Positions 1 to 11,553 of a DNA stretch of 64,000 nt are shown here, piece after piece. The notes beneath the pieces are model-generated. The model ran no database searches. It was not told where the DNA came from and saw nothing but the letters and a program-made list of their open reading frames with translations. Source of the DNA: Thermodesulfovibrionales bacterium (GTDB lineage: Bacteria; Nitrospirota; Thermodesulfovibrionia; Thermodesulfovibrionales; SM23-35); assembly GCA_963715195.1 (NCBI GenBank), contig CAVQRT010000007.1, positions 352,001 through 416,000 of the forward strand, given 5' to 3'. Both the position numbers and the translations under genes were made by a program. Numbering within the stretch: the stretch's first letter is position 1; each line of letters begins with the position of its first letter.

Positions 1-69
1 CATACTGTTCACATCACTGGCATTTCTCGATAAACAATATCAAAAAAATGTGAAGAGGCCGCGAAGGAA

Positions 70-1470
70 TTATGAAGATTTTGTGAATTTTGGAATGGAA
101 AGAATGAACGTGGAACCTTTACCATATTCACTCCGGACGTCGATGCGCCCTCCGTGGGCATCGGTGAGCTCCTTGACTATGGTAAGCCCCAGGCCGAGTC
201 CGCCTTCGGAAGCCCGGTAAAACCTTTCGAACACAAACGGCAGGTCTTGCTTTTTGATGCCGGTTCCGGTATCTGAAATGTCTATAAAACTGTCTGTTTC
301 TCTCTCGCCTGCTTTCATCCGCACCGTGCCACCCTTCTCTGTTGCCTTGAGTGCATTGCTCAGGAGATTAATCACGATTTGGCTCAGTTTATCGGGGTCG
401 GCATCCATGGTTGCCGTATCGGTGCATTCGAATTCGAGGACTACCCCTTTATCAGAGAATAATTTCTCGAAACGTTCTTTCAAGATGCCCAGAAACGGTT
501 TAAGAACAACCGGTCTTCTCCGCAGTTCAAGGACACTCGCCTGGGCTCTTGAAAGTTCCTCGATTCCTTCAATGATATGTTTCAGGCGGTTTGTTTCTTC
601 GTGGAGGGATATCAGCCGTTCCCTGTCGATCCTGATCAGTCCGTCAAGCATGCCCTCGATCTCCCCCTGCATGGCACTTAACGGTGTTCTGAGTTCATGG
701 GCAATATTTGATGTCAGTTTCCGCCGCAAGGCTTCCTGGACTTCGAGATTATGAGCCATCAAATTAAACGTCCGCGAGAGATTGCTGATTTCATCATTCC
801 CTTTTACCGGGACCCTGCTAGTGATATTCCCTTCGCTGATGTCTGCTGCAGCTGTCGTCAGTCTCTTGATCGGCTCAGTCATTCTCCGCGAATAGACAAA
901 ACTCAGGAGAACAGACAGCCCTCCCAATACAAAAATCACGAGAACAAGAAACCGGTTTGACCTCATCATGAAAATGGTCTCCTTGCCCTGGGGCTCATGC
1001 ATGAACAGAGGGCGAATTTCGAGAAACCCTATTCCATTGCCTCCCAGGAATAACGGGTAGTTTGTGAACGGGGCATTCGAACTAAGCAGGTTGCCTTCAG
1101 GTGAAAAACCCGCAAGAGCTGAAATTCTTCTTTGCATGAGCGGCGGAAGATTTTCGATCGCCTTCCTGGTACTTATCAGCTGGTTATTGCCGGCATCGAA
1201 AATGTTGATCTCGTATCCGAGCAGGAGAGCCCAGACGGCATTCTCCTGGAGCAATTCCGTGCTCCATCCGGAATGTCGTTCATACGATCCCTCGATTGTC
1301 GCCATAACCCGGTAAATCCTGTCCTCATTCTCGCCTTCGAGATATTCCTCGAAATCCGTTACGATGAGTTCGCGTAAGGTCATGGCTGCTGAAAGAGATA
1401 TGACGGAAATTGAAAGAAGAAGAATGAGGAACTTAACCCAGAGACTTTTTATCATCCCGTGTACCGGCAA
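70..1470 (-). CDS. Membrane sensor histidine kinase (HAMP-HisKA-HATPase, BaeS-like)
   Basis: Two TM segments, HAMP, H-box AHELRTPL, N-box NLLSNALK, G-boxes DTGTGI and GLGLGL; true start may be slightly downstream (MIKSLW). Confidence 0.93.
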   Translation of the reverse strand: MPVHGMIKSLWVKFLILLLSISVISLSAAMTLRELIVTDFEEYLEGENEDRIYRVMATIEGSYERHSGWSTELLQENAVWALLLGYEINIFDAGNNQLISTRKAIENLPPLMQRRISALAGFSPEGNLLSSNAPFTNYPLFLGGNGIGFLEIRPLFMHEPQGKETIFMMRSNRFLVLVIFVLGGLSVLLSFVYSRRMTEPIKRLTTAAADISEGNITSRVPVKGNDEISNLSRTFNLMAHNLEVQEALRRKLTSNIAHELRTPLSAMQGEIEGMLDGLIRIDRERLISLHEETNRLKHIIEGIEELSRAQASVLELRRRPVVLKPFLGILKERFEKLFSDKGVVLEFECTDTATMDADPDKLSQIVINLLSNALKATEKGGTVRMKAGERETDSFIDISDTGTGIKKQDLPFVFERFYRASEGGLGLGLTIVKELTDAHGGRIDVRSEYGKGSTFILSIPKFTKSS

Positions 1471-2149
1471 ACTTATATCCTACTCCATAGACCGTATGAA
1501 TCAACATCGGGCTTTTCGGGTCATCTTCAATTTTCTGACGGATATTTTTGATGTGGGCATCAATGCTCCGTTCATATCCCTCGAATTGGTATCCAAGGGC
1601 GCTCTCCACAAGCTCTCCCCGGGTGAAGACTCTCCCGGGCGCATGGGAAAGCACCGAGAGTATCTTAAACTCGGTAGGCGTCAGGGTTAATGATAAACCC
1701 TTTTTATTCACTTCATAACTCCGGGGGTCGATGGTTAGCATACCGCCGTTGAAACTCATCTGTTCTGCAGAATGGAATTCATGTTTGGGTGATCTTTTCA
1801 GAACAGCCCTGACCCGCGCAACGAGCTCCTTCGGGCTGAAGGGTTTCACAACATAGTCATCCGCCCCAAGAGCAAATCCTGCAACACGCTCATTCTCAGA
1901 GGATTTTGCCGTAACCATAATGATAGGGAAATCACCCATTTCCCTGAGTTCCTGACAAACCTCTTCGCCCGACATGTCAGGGAGCATGAGATCAAGTATT
2001 ACTAACGTAGGGATTTCTTTCAGCGCGGCAGACAGGGCATCTCTGCCATTTTCAGCCGTGACTACCCGATACCCTTCACCTTCGAGATATACCTTTACAA
2101 CCCTCGAAATCTTTTTATCGTCCTCGACAACGAGTATCGGCCTGATCAT
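1433..2149 (-). CDS. OmpR/PhoB-family response regulator
   Basis: Receiver motifs VVEDD, LDLMLP, KPF; winged-helix end IHTVYGVGYKF; overlaps the kinase. Confidence 0.95.
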   Translation of the reverse strand: MIRPILVVEDDKKISRVVKVYLEGEGYRVVTAENGRDALSAALKEIPTLVILDLMLPDMSGEEVCQELREMGDFPIIMVTAKSSENERVAGFALGADDYVVKPFSPKELVARVRAVLKRSPKHEFHSAEQMSFNGGMLTIDPRSYEVNKKGLSLTLTPTEFKILSVLSHAPGRVFTRGELVESALGYQFEGYERSIDAHIKNIRQKIEDDPKSPMLIHTVYGVGYKFAGTRDDKKSLG

Positions 2150-2395
2150 ACCTAACTATACCATAGAGTGAAAATTTTTCTTCCCGGTCTACACGAGAAT
2201 ATGTCTGATGACCTCATCAAGATTCAAGCAGCGTTTGCATGTCCGGGCTTTATTATCGGCTTTTTCAAGAACATTTTTTCTCCCATCTCCGTCTGACGGA
2301 AGCCAGATCCTTGAACTCTTTTTGTCTCCCAGATTTTTCATTCCTCCGCTCTGTTTTTGGAAAGAGCACGCTCATTTGTATATAATAGCTGCACT

Positions 2396-3070
2396 ATGTC
2401 CAGAATCATTTTTGACATCGAGACCGTTGGAAAAGATTTTGATTCACTCGATGCACCGACCCAGGAATATCTTCTGAGATATGCCGGAACAAACGACGAA
2501 AAAGAGGAGATCAAAGACCGCCTGTCGTTTTATCCTCTGACAGCCGAAATCGTGACGATCGGACTCCTCGAACCTGAGTCAGGGAAAGGGTTTGTTTTTT
2601 TTCAGACTTCCGGTGAACCGTTGCTCCCGTTCGAAGAGGACAATATCCTCTACGAGACCGGAACGGAACAAGAGATTATCCGGAAATTCTGGAATGAAAT
2701 CAAGCGATACAGGCATTTTATCACCTTCAATGGCAGAAGCTTCGACTGTCCTTTCATACTGATAAGAACCGCTGTCAATAAAATAAAACCGACAAGAGAT
2801 CTCATGCCGAACAGGTATGCAGACACCCATATTGACCTGTTCGATCAGCTCCAATTTTTTGGCGCTTCACGAAGACGGTTCAGCCTCGATATGTGGTGCA
2901 GGACTTTCGGCATTAAAAGTCCCAAAGCAGAGGGTATTACAGGGTATGAGGTAAAGGATCTATTCAAAGCGGGCCGGTGCCTTGATATCGCCAGATATTG
3001 TGCCGGAGACCTCCGGGCAACGAGAGAGCTCCTGTTTTACTGGGAGAACTATATACGTTTTTCACCGTAA
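2396..3070 (+). CDS. Stand-alone PolB-like 3'-5' exonuclease (DEDD/RNase H-like)
   Basis: FDIET, TFNGRSFDCPF and YCAGD exonuclease motifs; start moved to ATG 2396. Confidence 0.8.
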   Translation: MSRIIFDIETVGKDFDSLDAPTQEYLLRYAGTNDEKEEIKDRLSFYPLTAEIVTIGLLEPESGKGFVFFQTSGEPLLPFEEDNILYETGTEQEIIRKFWNEIKRYRHFITFNGRSFDCPFILIRTAVNKIKPTRDLMPNRYADTHIDLFDQLQFFGASRRRFSLDMWCRTFGIKSPKAEGITGYEVKDLFKAGRCLDIARYCAGDLRATRELLFYWENYIRFSP

Positions 3071-4138
3071 GTATTCATTCACCCTTTCGACGTCAAAATC
3101 CGCATCGCTTAAAACATTCAGAACAAATCTGAAGATGCATTTTCTCTGTTCATTCGTCACATCGGGATAAAAGAGAGGATTTCCGACAACAGCCCCCCGG
3201 AAAGCGTAGAACGGTGCAGCAACTGCTGTTATCTCCGCATCACCGGATTCCCTGATATATTCATTGAAGAAAAGACGCAACCCTTCATAAAAAGGTCCCC
3301 GCACATCCCCGTAGGTAAGAATCGAAAAAAAGATGTAATTGATTGTCAGCGCAGTTACATCATCTGCGGGATCTCCCCACGGACCGCGGCTTCTGTCGAG
3401 AAGGACAAAGTTCTCACTGCCTGCGTCTCCTCCCGACAAGGATGGATCAGGAGGAACAAACCAGATGTTACCTGGATGAAAGTCCCCGTGCACCTGTGAA
3501 AGCCTTTCATGTTTTGGTTTAAGTTTTATAATCCAATCTATTGATTTTTTTATTATATTAGACATTTTTGCAGTGCTGATGAACCCGTCAGGATAGGTAT
3601 CAAAAACGCCCATCAGACACTCACCGTGTCCGACCGTATCCCGCAACTTTCTTCGGTAAAGAGCAGGCGATTCTCTTTTCACAGCGTGAATACCAGTAAG
3701 ATACGATGTCATGGCCTTGATTTTTCCTCTGTCCGATGCATCAAGACTTTTCTTTTTGGCAAACAATTTGAGGTCATGGAAATAATGTCTCCCCTCTGCC
3801 CTTTCCATGAGCAGATAATATTCCCTTCCGCCACCGATTGATTTTATGGAACCGTCTTCCATCTCTGAAAGGACATCAACCGCTTTCACATGGTTCGGGA
3901 GATTTGTATATTCATCAAGGTCGAGGAGAAACACTGCTGCTCTGTCCGATGGGTAGTCATGTCCCAATCCCTCGGTAAGGAGCGCCTTTATAACATATGA
4001 CTGAACGCCCCCCGGTGTCCGGACCTCGATAAGGAACCCTGACCCCTGCACGCCGGAACCGATCGGTGATATCCGGATATCGACGGCATTGCTGAATGTA
4101 TTGAGGAGATACGCCTTTATTGCGGTTTCGTTGATCAC
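3062..4138 (-). CDS. APH/choline-kinase-like phosphotransferase
   Basis: Brenner motif HGDFHPGNI and LLD metal-binding motif; coupled to upstream PfkB kinase. Confidence 0.8.
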   Translation of the reverse strand: MINETAIKAYLLNTFSNAVDIRISPIGSGVQGSGFLIEVRTPGGVQSYVIKALLTEGLGHDYPSDRAAVFLLDLDEYTNLPNHVKAVDVLSEMEDGSIKSIGGGREYYLLMERAEGRHYFHDLKLFAKKKSLDASDRGKIKAMTSYLTGIHAVKRESPALYRRKLRDTVGHGECLMGVFDTYPDGFISTAKMSNIIKKSIDWIIKLKPKHERLSQVHGDFHPGNIWFVPPDPSLSGGDAGSENFVLLDRSRGPWGDPADDVTALTINYIFFSILTYGDVRGPFYEGLRLFFNEYIRESGDAEITAVAAPFYAFRGAVVGNPLFYPDVTNEQRKCIFRFVLNVLSDADFDVERVNEYLR

Positions 4139-5067
4139 AGTGCACCGAAGTTGCTTCTGTATCGTTCAAGGAAATCATCATACAGGAAATGATGTTCCTG
4201 GGTACCATAGTGTTCAATCGCATAGGTAGCGGCAACCGAACCTAATCGTGCGGCGGTCTGGATATCCCTCCCTTCAACAAGACCTTTCAACAGCCCTGCC
4301 CTGTAGGCATCCCCTGCACCGGTCGGGTCAAAAACGCGTTCTACCCGCATTGAAGGTACATGCTGATCAGACTCAGGGGTGCTTATCAATGAACCCTCTT
4401 CTCCCAGCGTTGTGATGATAACATCAGTCAGCTTGAGCAGATCAATTTTCTTCAATCCGGTAATCTTCAGAATGATCTCGAGTTCATAATCATTGGAGAT
4501 TAACACCATGGAGCCCTTGATCCACTCTCTGAGCGCTTCACCTCCCCATTTTGTCAGAGACTGGCCGGGGTCACAGATGAACCGGATTCCCTTCAGGCGG
4601 CACTGCGCTGCGTATTCGATCATGTCCTGAAGATTTCCGGGTGCAATCAGGACAAGCGATTGTTCCGGTTCTCCGTCATCAAACCGGTATGCGGACGGAT
4701 GTTTCATCGCTCCGGGATTGAATCCCGTAATCTGGTTATCCGCCATATCGGTTGTGATGTAGGCACCCGCGGTAAACTCTTCAGGGATGATTCTGATTCC
4801 ATCAACCGGGATGTTGTTTTGCTGAAGCCATGCAAAATACTGCTGGTGGTCCTTGCCGATCGTTGCAACAATAATCGGTTTCTCTCTCAGGAGACTGAGC
4901 GTATATGCAATGTTGCCCGCAGTACCGCCGAATTTCTCTGACAATCCGTTTACATTGAAACAGACATTCAGCACATGGATTTTATCCGGGAGTATATAGT
5001 CGGAAAATTTACCCGGAAAATCCATAATCCTGTCATACGCCATCGAACCAGATATGAAAATATTCAT
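4135..5067 (-). CDS. PfkB-family sugar/nucleoside kinase (adenosine kinase-like)
   Basis: GSMAYD, FGGTAGNIAY, DPTGAGDAYRAG. Confidence 0.9.
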   Translation of the reverse strand: MNIFISGSMAYDRIMDFPGKFSDYILPDKIHVLNVCFNVNGLSEKFGGTAGNIAYTLSLLREKPIIVATIGKDHQQYFAWLQQNNIPVDGIRIIPEEFTAGAYITTDMADNQITGFNPGAMKHPSAYRFDDGEPEQSLVLIAPGNLQDMIEYAAQCRLKGIRFICDPGQSLTKWGGEALREWIKGSMVLISNDYELEIILKITGLKKIDLLKLTDVIITTLGEEGSLISTPESDQHVPSMRVERVFDPTGAGDAYRAGLLKGLVEGRDIQTAARLGSVAATYAIEHYGTQEHHFLYDDFLERYRSNFGAL

Positions 5068-5101
5068 GATAAACCCTATTTCAATGGTTGAAATGATATG
5101 T

Positions 5102-5199
5102 TGTCATTCCCGCTTGTCGGGAATCTTTCTGGTTCCCCTTCGTAAAGGGAAACAAAGAGGGTTGTTTTGAAGAAAGATTCCGGCCAGGCCGGAATGACA
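5102..5199. repeat. REP-like inverted dimer
   Basis: TGTCATTCCCGCTTGTCGGGAATCTTTCT ... AGAAAGATTCCGGCCAGGCCGGAATGACA; each half palindromic and the halves mutually inverted. Confidence 0.8.
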
Positions 5200-5250
5200 G
5201 ATTAAATAACACCAACCAACTATTAAAATATTTATAGAGTAACAACATGG

Positions 5251-7029
5251 CTATTCCCCCAGTTCCTTCAGAAGATCCCCGGCAACGCGCCTGTTAAAAC
5301 CTTTCAGGCCGGCTATTGTCTCGATAGTAGCATTTTTTATATTTTCCACGCTACCGAAAACGCGCAACAGTTCGAGCCGCCGCTTTTTCCCGATTCCTGC
5401 AATACTTTCGAGAGGAGATTTTAAAAGCGCTTTGTCCCGCAGTTTTCTGTGATACCCAACGGCAACCCTGTGGGCTTCATCCCGTATACTCTTCAGGAGA
5501 AGCGAAGACCGCCTTCTGTCTTCAAGATTCACCGGCATTGCCGACGTTGAGAGGAATGCCCGGTCAGGGTCTTTAGCGATTGCAACGACATCGGGCACTT
5601 TCTTCAGCGCAGAACTGTTATCAGCGAGAACCTTTTTTGCGGTCTCCAGATGTCCTTTCCCGCCATCAATAATGAGCAGATCCGGCATAGTGCCTTCGAG
5701 ATGTGCTATCATCCGTCCGATCATCTCCTCCATCATCGAATAATCATCAATCCCCATGACCGTTCTGATCCTCACCCTCCGGTAGCGGTCTTTGTCAAAA
5801 GCCCCCTCCTCCCAGTAAACAAATGATCCTGCCGCCTCGTTCCCCGATATATTTGAAATATCAAATGCCCCCATGCTTCCGGGAGTATTGATGAGATGCA
5901 ACCGCTCACGGACCTCGCTTAGGATCTCATGTGTTGTCAACGTTCTCCTTTCCCTGAATGCAAAACTGGCATTTTCCGAAGCCATATCGACAAGTTCTTT
6001 CTTTTTTCCCTTCACCGGTTTTCGAATCCTCACGCTTTTTCCGCTACGCTCTCCAAGCCACCCCTCCAATGATTTCACCTCATCCGGCAGAACAGATGTC
6101 AAAATTTCAGCAGGAGCAATAATCTCCCCGGAATAGAACTGCATGAGAAACGCACGCAGCAACTCTTTTTCGGGAAACTCACCTGCCGTGTGCACCCGGA
6201 AATCTTTTGATCCGATCATGCATCCGTTCCGGATAAACAAAACGGTGAACAAGACTTCCTGTTCTTCCCGTGAAAAGCCTATGATATCGATATCCCGGAG
6301 TTCCGGTGCAACAACCTTCTGGGACTCCATGCCACGCTCAATTGCCCTGATCCTGTCGCGCATTGCGGCAGCCTCTTCATACTTCATCTCCCCGGAGAGT
6401 TTCAGCATCTTTCGTTTAAGATTCCCGATGAGATTTTTTTTCTGCCCTCTCAGGAAAAGCCTGACTTCTTCGACCAGTTGTGCATATGCTGCTTTGCTGA
6501 CATGGCCTGTGCACGGCGCGACACATTTTCCCATCTGATGCTGAATACAGGGCTTCATCGGTTTCTGAAATGAAAACCGGCAATCCCGTATACGGAAATT
6601 TCTCCTGATAAATGCAATGATATCCCACAAGGCACCTGCCGGCACATAAGGACCAAAATACAATGCACCGTCCCTTGTAACTTTCCTCACAACCTCAATT
6701 CCCGGCCAGTCCTCGTGGACATTCAGCTTCAGGTAAGGATAATTTTTATCATCACGCAGAATAATGTTGAACCGCGGTTTGTATTGTTTGATAAGATTCG
6801 CCTCGAGAACAAAGGCTTCGAGTTCATTCTTGGTGACGATGTAGGAAAATTTCTCCACATCCCTCATCATCGAGGTCTTGCGGGGATCAGGGATTGATTG
6901 TTTCCGAAAGTAGCTCCTTATGCGGCTTCTAAGGTTCTTTGCCTTCCCGACATACAGTACTTTCTGCAGCGAGTCTTTGAAGAGATAAACGCCCGGCTTT
7001 AAAGGTATTGAAGAAAGTCTTTGCGGCAT
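5251..7029 (-). CDS. uvrC: Excinuclease ABC subunit C
   Basis: GIY-YIG (PGVYLF..YVGKAKNLRSR), UVR domain, FDISN, IDGGKG, C-terminal HhH; start placed at ATG 7029 (approximate). Confidence 0.95.
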   Translation of the reverse strand: MPQRLSSIPLKPGVYLFKDSLQKVLYVGKAKNLRSRIRSYFRKQSIPDPRKTSMMRDVEKFSYIVTKNELEAFVLEANLIKQYKPRFNIILRDDKNYPYLKLNVHEDWPGIEVVRKVTRDGALYFGPYVPAGALWDIIAFIRRNFRIRDCRFSFQKPMKPCIQHQMGKCVAPCTGHVSKAAYAQLVEEVRLFLRGQKKNLIGNLKRKMLKLSGEMKYEEAAAMRDRIRAIERGMESQKVVAPELRDIDIIGFSREEQEVLFTVLFIRNGCMIGSKDFRVHTAGEFPEKELLRAFLMQFYSGEIIAPAEILTSVLPDEVKSLEGWLGERSGKSVRIRKPVKGKKKELVDMASENASFAFRERRTLTTHEILSEVRERLHLINTPGSMGAFDISNISGNEAAGSFVYWEEGAFDKDRYRRVRIRTVMGIDDYSMMEEMIGRMIAHLEGTMPDLLIIDGGKGHLETAKKVLADNSSALKKVPDVVAIAKDPDRAFLSTSAMPVNLEDRRRSSLLLKSIRDEAHRVAVGYHRKLRDKALLKSPLESIAGIGKKRRLELLRVFGSVENIKNATIETIAGLKGFNRRVAGDLLKELGE

Positions 7030-7057
7030 GGTATTCAGACTAAAAAGAGCGGGGTCC

Positions 7058-8038
7058 TTATTCCACCTCTTCCATGAAGCTCCCGATCCTTCTGAATCTT
7101 CGGTACCGCTCCTCAAGGAGCTTGCCCGGCGTTTTGGCCTTCAGTTCTTCGAGGGCAGCCGCAAGATGTTCAGAGATATTCCGCGCTGTCTCTTCAGGAT
7201 TCCGGTGTGCTCCTCCATGAGGCTCAGGGATTATACCGTCGATGATTTTAAAGCGCAGGAGGTCCTGCGCTGTCATTTTGAGAGCATCCGCAGCCCGCGA
7301 AAAATCTGCAACGCCAAGGTCGCCCTCCTTCTTCCAGAGAATCGCAGCGCATCCTTCAGGTGAGATAACGGAATAGCAGGAATGTTCGAGCATATACAGG
7401 CGGTCAGCAACTCCGAGGGCAAGCGCACCGCCGCTCCCGCCCTCACCGATGACAAACGAGACAACAGGGGTTTTGAGCCGGGACATCTCCATCAGGTTAA
7501 CAGCAATGGCCTCCGCCTGTCCCCTTTCCTCTGCACCGATTCCGGGAAACGCTCCCGGGGTATCGATAAAAGTTATCACCGGACGTTTGAATCGTTCGGC
7601 AATTTTCATCACCCTGAGCGCTTTCCGGTAACCCTCCGGCTGGGGCTGTCCGAAATTGCGGGAGATCCGCTCCTTTGTCCCGCGCCCTTTCTGATGTCCT
7701 GCGACCGCAACAGGGTTAGCCTTAAATTTTGCCACACCTGCGACGACAGCAGGGTCATCAGCAAATCTTCTGTCTCCATGCAATTCGACAAAATCAGTCA
7801 TAATCGTATTGATGTAGTCGAGGGTGTATGGCCTGTCAGGATGCCGCGCTATGAGGGTTTTCTGCCACGGACTTAACGAAGTAAAAATCTCGGAACGGAG
7901 ATCTCTTACCTTTTTTTCAAGCTTCTTGATTTCACTGGAGATGTCAATATCCTTCCCGTCAGACACCCGTTTCAGTTCCTCGATCTTCAGTTCGAGCTCC
8001 TCAATCGGTTTTTCGAAGTCAAGGTAATACCGTATCAT
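7058..8038 (-). CDS. accA: Acetyl-CoA carboxylase carboxyltransferase alpha subunit
   Basis: [32 protein letters not shown]. Confidence 0.97.
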   Translation of the reverse strand: MIRYYLDFEKPIEELELKIEELKRVSDGKDIDISSEIKKLEKKVRDLRSEIFTSLSPWQKTLIARHPDRPYTLDYINTIMTDFVELHGDRRFADDPAVVAGVAKFKANPVAVAGHQKGRGTKERISRNFGQPQPEGYRKALRVMKIAERFKRPVITFIDTPGAFPGIGAEERGQAEAIAVNLMEMSRLKTPVVSFVIGEGGSGGALALGVADRLYMLEHSCYSVISPEGCAAILWKKEGDLGVADFSRAADALKMTAQDLLRFKIIDGIIPEPHGGAHRNPEETARNISEHLAAALEELKAKTPGKLLEERYRRFRRIGSFMEEVE

Positions 8039-11000
8039 TGGAAAATCACAGCTCCCTTTCCCACTATTGCTTCGATCCGGCGAACCATCTCTTTATCACC
8101 CGAGATTTTCATGTCCGTCTCGATTACTGTTTCTGCATCTCTATGCATAACTCTGAGAAAGAGAGGGTAAAGTCCTGTATTGTCTGTGAGAATAGAGCGA
8201 AGCGTTTGGAGCTGCATGCCGTCTGCCAAAGGCAGTCTCAGGGTCAACTCAGCTTTCCGCAGATGGTTTCCTACCATAACATCCAGACGTGATATCTCAT
8301 TCGCAATGATCTTGATTCCCTTCTCCGTTTTATCCACGCTGCCTTTCACAAGAAGGGGAACATCTTTCTGGAGGATTGCGAGGCTCGACTTATACAGCTC
8401 CGGGAAGACAATGATATCAATATTGGCCTCGGGGTCCTCAAGTGTGCAGTATGCCATAATCTCAGCCTTTGATTTGGTCTGGGTCTTCCGTATAGCCGTC
8501 AGTATACCTGCAATCCTGACCTCCTGGCCATCAGCAGTCTCTTCAAGTTCCGATATGGTCTTTGTCCCCAATTTTTTGAGATAGGCCTCATATTTGATTA
8601 AGGGGTGTCCGGTAATATAAAACCCGAGTGATTCCTTTTCGTATTTCAAGAGTTCATCCTTATTCCACTCAGACACAACACCGGTCTCAGCATCCGGGAT
8701 ATCACCGAAAATGCTTTGCTGTCCAAATACCCGTCCTGCTGAACTTTTCATTCCATTGCCCAGGAGTCTGTTCATGGTGTCCATTGCCCCAGCTCTGGTG
8801 CCTTCAAGCGAATCAAAAGCACCAGCTTTGATGAGGCCATCAATAACCTTCTTATTGACCTTGCGCTGATCGATCCGTTCAAGAAAATTCGTGACAGAGG
8901 TAAAAGGACCGGTTGCATCTCGGGCTTCTATGATCGACTCTATGGCTGCAGAACCGACACCTTTTACCGCCTCAAGTCCAAACCGTATTGAGGTCCCGAC
9001 AACCTTGAACTCCTTCCCCGAGTGATTGATGTCCGGCGGCAGAATCTCTATCCCCATATCCCTGCACCCGGCGATTGATTTGACAATCTTGTCAGTATTG
9101 TCCATATCGGCGCTTAATGTCGCCGCCATGAATTCAACGGAGTAATGGGCTTTCAGATATGCAGTCTGATATGCAACGTACGCATAAGCAGCGGAATGAG
9201 ATTTATTGAACCCGTATTCCGCAAAATAAGCCATGAGGTCAAAGATGCGCTTCGCCTTTTTCTCAGGAATACGGTTTGCAATCGCCCCCTGAATGAAGGC
9301 TTCTTTCTGCTTTTCCATCTCCTCAGGTTTTTTCTTCCCCATAGCCTTACGCAGAATATCCGCCTGACCCATAGAAAAATTCGCGAGTTTATTTGCGATC
9401 CTCATGACCTGCTCCTGATAGAGGATAACACCGTATGTCTCGTCCAATATCTCTTTCAGCTGCGGCAGATCATATTTCACCGGAATCTTTCCCTTTTTTC
9501 GTTTGATGAATTCGTCAATCATGCCGCTCCCCATCGGACCAGGCCTGTAGAGCGCGACGATGGCGATGATGTCTTCAAATCTGTTCGGAGAGATTTTGAC
9601 GAGCAGATCACGCATCCCCGCACTTTCGAGCTGAAAAATACCCGTCGTATTTCCCGAACTGAGGAGTTCATAGGTCTTTCGGTCGTCAAACGATATATCT
9701 TTCAGAGCAAAATCACTCCCGTTCTCACGCATATAAGCCAAGGTTTTATCGATGACCGTGAGGGTCTTCAATCCCAGGAAATCAAACTTTAAAAGGCCTA
9801 TCCGTTCGATAGAGAGCATGTCGAACTGTGTCATGATACTGCCGTCGGACGGATTCCGGTAAAGAGGCGTATAGTCCGTTAGCGGAGCGGGCGAGATGAC
9901 GACTCCTGCTGCATGGGTGGATGCATGCCGGCTGAGGCCCTCAAGCCGCATTGCCGTATCGATCAGTTCCTGTATCTTCGGATTGCTTTCATACAGGGCC
10001 TTCAACTGAGCCTCGGATTTCAGGGTGTCCTGAATTGTTATATGCACGGTATTCGGAATCAGTTTCGCGATTCTGTCAACTTCACCGTAGGGCATATCAA
10101 GCGCTCTTCCCACATCACGGATAGCAGCCTTGGCAGCCATCGTCCCAAAGGTAATAATCTGCGCGACATGGTCCTTTCCATACTTATCAGCGACATACGA
10201 AATGACTTCAGATCTCCTGTCTTTGCAAAAGTCGACATCGATATCCGGCATGCTGATTCGTTCAGGGTTCAGAAAACGCTCAAAGAGGAGAGTGTATTTC
10301 ACGGGGTCAATATCCGTAATTCCAAGGCAGTATGAAACAAGACTGCCTGCTGCCGATCCCCTACCGGGGCCGACCGGGATTCCCTGCTCTTTGGCGTGGC
10401 GGATGAAATCCCAGACGATAAGGAAATAGGATGCATAATCCATCTTCCTGATAATCTCAAGCTCCCTGTCCAAACGCTGGGTATACACAGCGTCCGCATG
10501 CCTTCCCAACCGGTTTGTCAGACCGGCATGGACAAGTTCATCGAGGAGCGATTCAGGCGATTTGTCCTGCACTTCATACCTCGGTAGCAGACTGTCCCCG
10601 AGCTTGAATTCCACACTGCAGCGCTCAGCAATCGCCCTCGAATTCAGGACTGCTTCAGGGATGTCCCTGAAGGCACGCTTCATCTCATCGGGTGATTTAA
10701 AATAGAAACCGTCCGACTGAAACCGGAGCCGGTTTTTATCATTGACGGTTTTTCCCGTCTGGATGCAGAGCAAAATATCATGCGCCCGGGCGTCCTCCCG
10801 TTTCAAGTAATGACAATCATTCGTCGCAACAATGCCGATATGCAGCTCCCTGGCCAGTTCAAAGAGCTTGTGATTGAGCTTCTCCTGCTCAGGCAGCCCG
10901 TTATCCTGCAATTCAATATAAAAATTTTCAGGGCCAAGGATGTGTTTGTACTCAAGGGCCTTTTCGCGGGCCTTCTCAATCATCCCCCGCTGAAGGTAAA

Positions 11001-11448
11001 CGGGAATTTCACCCTTCATGCACGAGGTGAGGGCGATCAATCCTCCGCTGTATTGCTCGAGCAGGTCACGGTCTATTCTTGGTTTGTAATAGAACCCTTC
11101 GGTATATGCCCTGGTAACCAGTGACACGAGATTGCGGTATCCCTGATTGTCCCTGGCGATCAGGATAAGATGATACGATGCATCTTCACTGTCATTTCCG
11201 TGCCGCTTCTCAAGACGGCTCCCTGGGGCGACGTATACTTCGCAGCCGATGATCGGTTTTATCCCGGCCTTCGTTGCAAGGCGATACAATTCCACTGCAC
11301 CGAACAGATTGCCGTGGTCTGTGACTGCCACTGCGGGCATTCTGAATGCGGATGCTTCGTCCACGAGTTCCTGCAACCGTATCGCTCCGTCAAGAAGGCT
11401 GTATTCAGAATGCAGATGGAGGGGCACATAATCTGCGTGTTGATGCAT
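8035..11448 (-). CDS. dnaE: DNA polymerase III alpha subunit
   Basis: [38 protein letters not shown]; no intein-sized insertion evident. Confidence 0.98.
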   Translation of the reverse strand: MHQHADYVPLHLHSEYSLLDGAIRLQELVDEASAFRMPAVAVTDHGNLFGAVELYRLATKAGIKPIIGCEVYVAPGSRLEKRHGNDSEDASYHLILIARDNQGYRNLVSLVTRAYTEGFYYKPRIDRDLLEQYSGGLIALTSCMKGEIPVYLQRGMIEKAREKALEYKHILGPENFYIELQDNGLPEQEKLNHKLFELARELHIGIVATNDCHYLKREDARAHDILLCIQTGKTVNDKNRLRFQSDGFYFKSPDEMKRAFRDIPEAVLNSRAIAERCSVEFKLGDSLLPRYEVQDKSPESLLDELVHAGLTNRLGRHADAVYTQRLDRELEIIRKMDYASYFLIVWDFIRHAKEQGIPVGPGRGSAAGSLVSYCLGITDIDPVKYTLLFERFLNPERISMPDIDVDFCKDRRSEVISYVADKYGKDHVAQIITFGTMAAKAAIRDVGRALDMPYGEVDRIAKLIPNTVHITIQDTLKSEAQLKALYESNPKIQELIDTAMRLEGLSRHASTHAAGVVISPAPLTDYTPLYRNPSDGSIMTQFDMLSIERIGLLKFDFLGLKTLTVIDKTLAYMRENGSDFALKDISFDDRKTYELLSSGNTTGIFQLESAGMRDLLVKISPNRFEDIIAIVALYRPGPMGSGMIDEFIKRKKGKIPVKYDLPQLKEILDETYGVILYQEQVMRIANKLANFSMGQADILRKAMGKKKPEEMEKQKEAFIQGAIANRIPEKKAKRIFDLMAYFAEYGFNKSHSAAYAYVAYQTAYLKAHYSVEFMAATLSADMDNTDKIVKSIAGCRDMGIEILPPDINHSGKEFKVVGTSIRFGLEAVKGVGSAAIESIIEARDATGPFTSVTNFLERIDQRKVNKKVIDGLIKAGAFDSLEGTRAGAMDTMNRLLGNGMKSSAGRVFGQQSIFGDIPDAETGVVSEWNKDELLKYEKESLGFYITGHPLIKYEAYLKKLGTKTISELEETADGQEVRIAGILTAIRKTQTKSKAEIMAYCTLEDPEANIDIIVFPELYKSSLAILQKDVPLLVKGSVDKTEKGIKIIANEISRLDVMVGNHLRKAELTLRLPLADGMQLQTLRSILTDNTGLYPLFLRVMHRDAETVIETDMKISGDKEMVRRIEAIVGKGAVIFQ

Positions 11449-11455
11449 AATAGAG

Positions 11456-11485
11456 ATATTAACCCCAGCAGTATTTTTTAGTCAA
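11456..11485 (-). promoter_or_regulatory. Sigma70-type promoter of dnaE
   Basis: TTGACT-18 nt-TAATAT on the minus strand, 7 nt before the ATG. Confidence 0.55.
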
Positions 11486-11513
11486 TGCAGGAAGAGGCTG
11501 CATTTTTCTGTTT

Positions 11514-11543
11514 TTGACAGCTATTTTTGATCAAGATTATAAT
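11514..11543 (+). promoter_or_regulatory. Sigma70-type promoter of PBP1A gene
   Basis: TTGACA(11514)-18 nt-TATAAT(11538). Confidence 0.65.
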
Positions 11544-11553
11544 GAATAGATAT

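Noticed and set aside
8035..11448. Inteins in dnaE or dnaB
   Set aside because: Protein lengths are ordinary and no splice-junction motifs were seen
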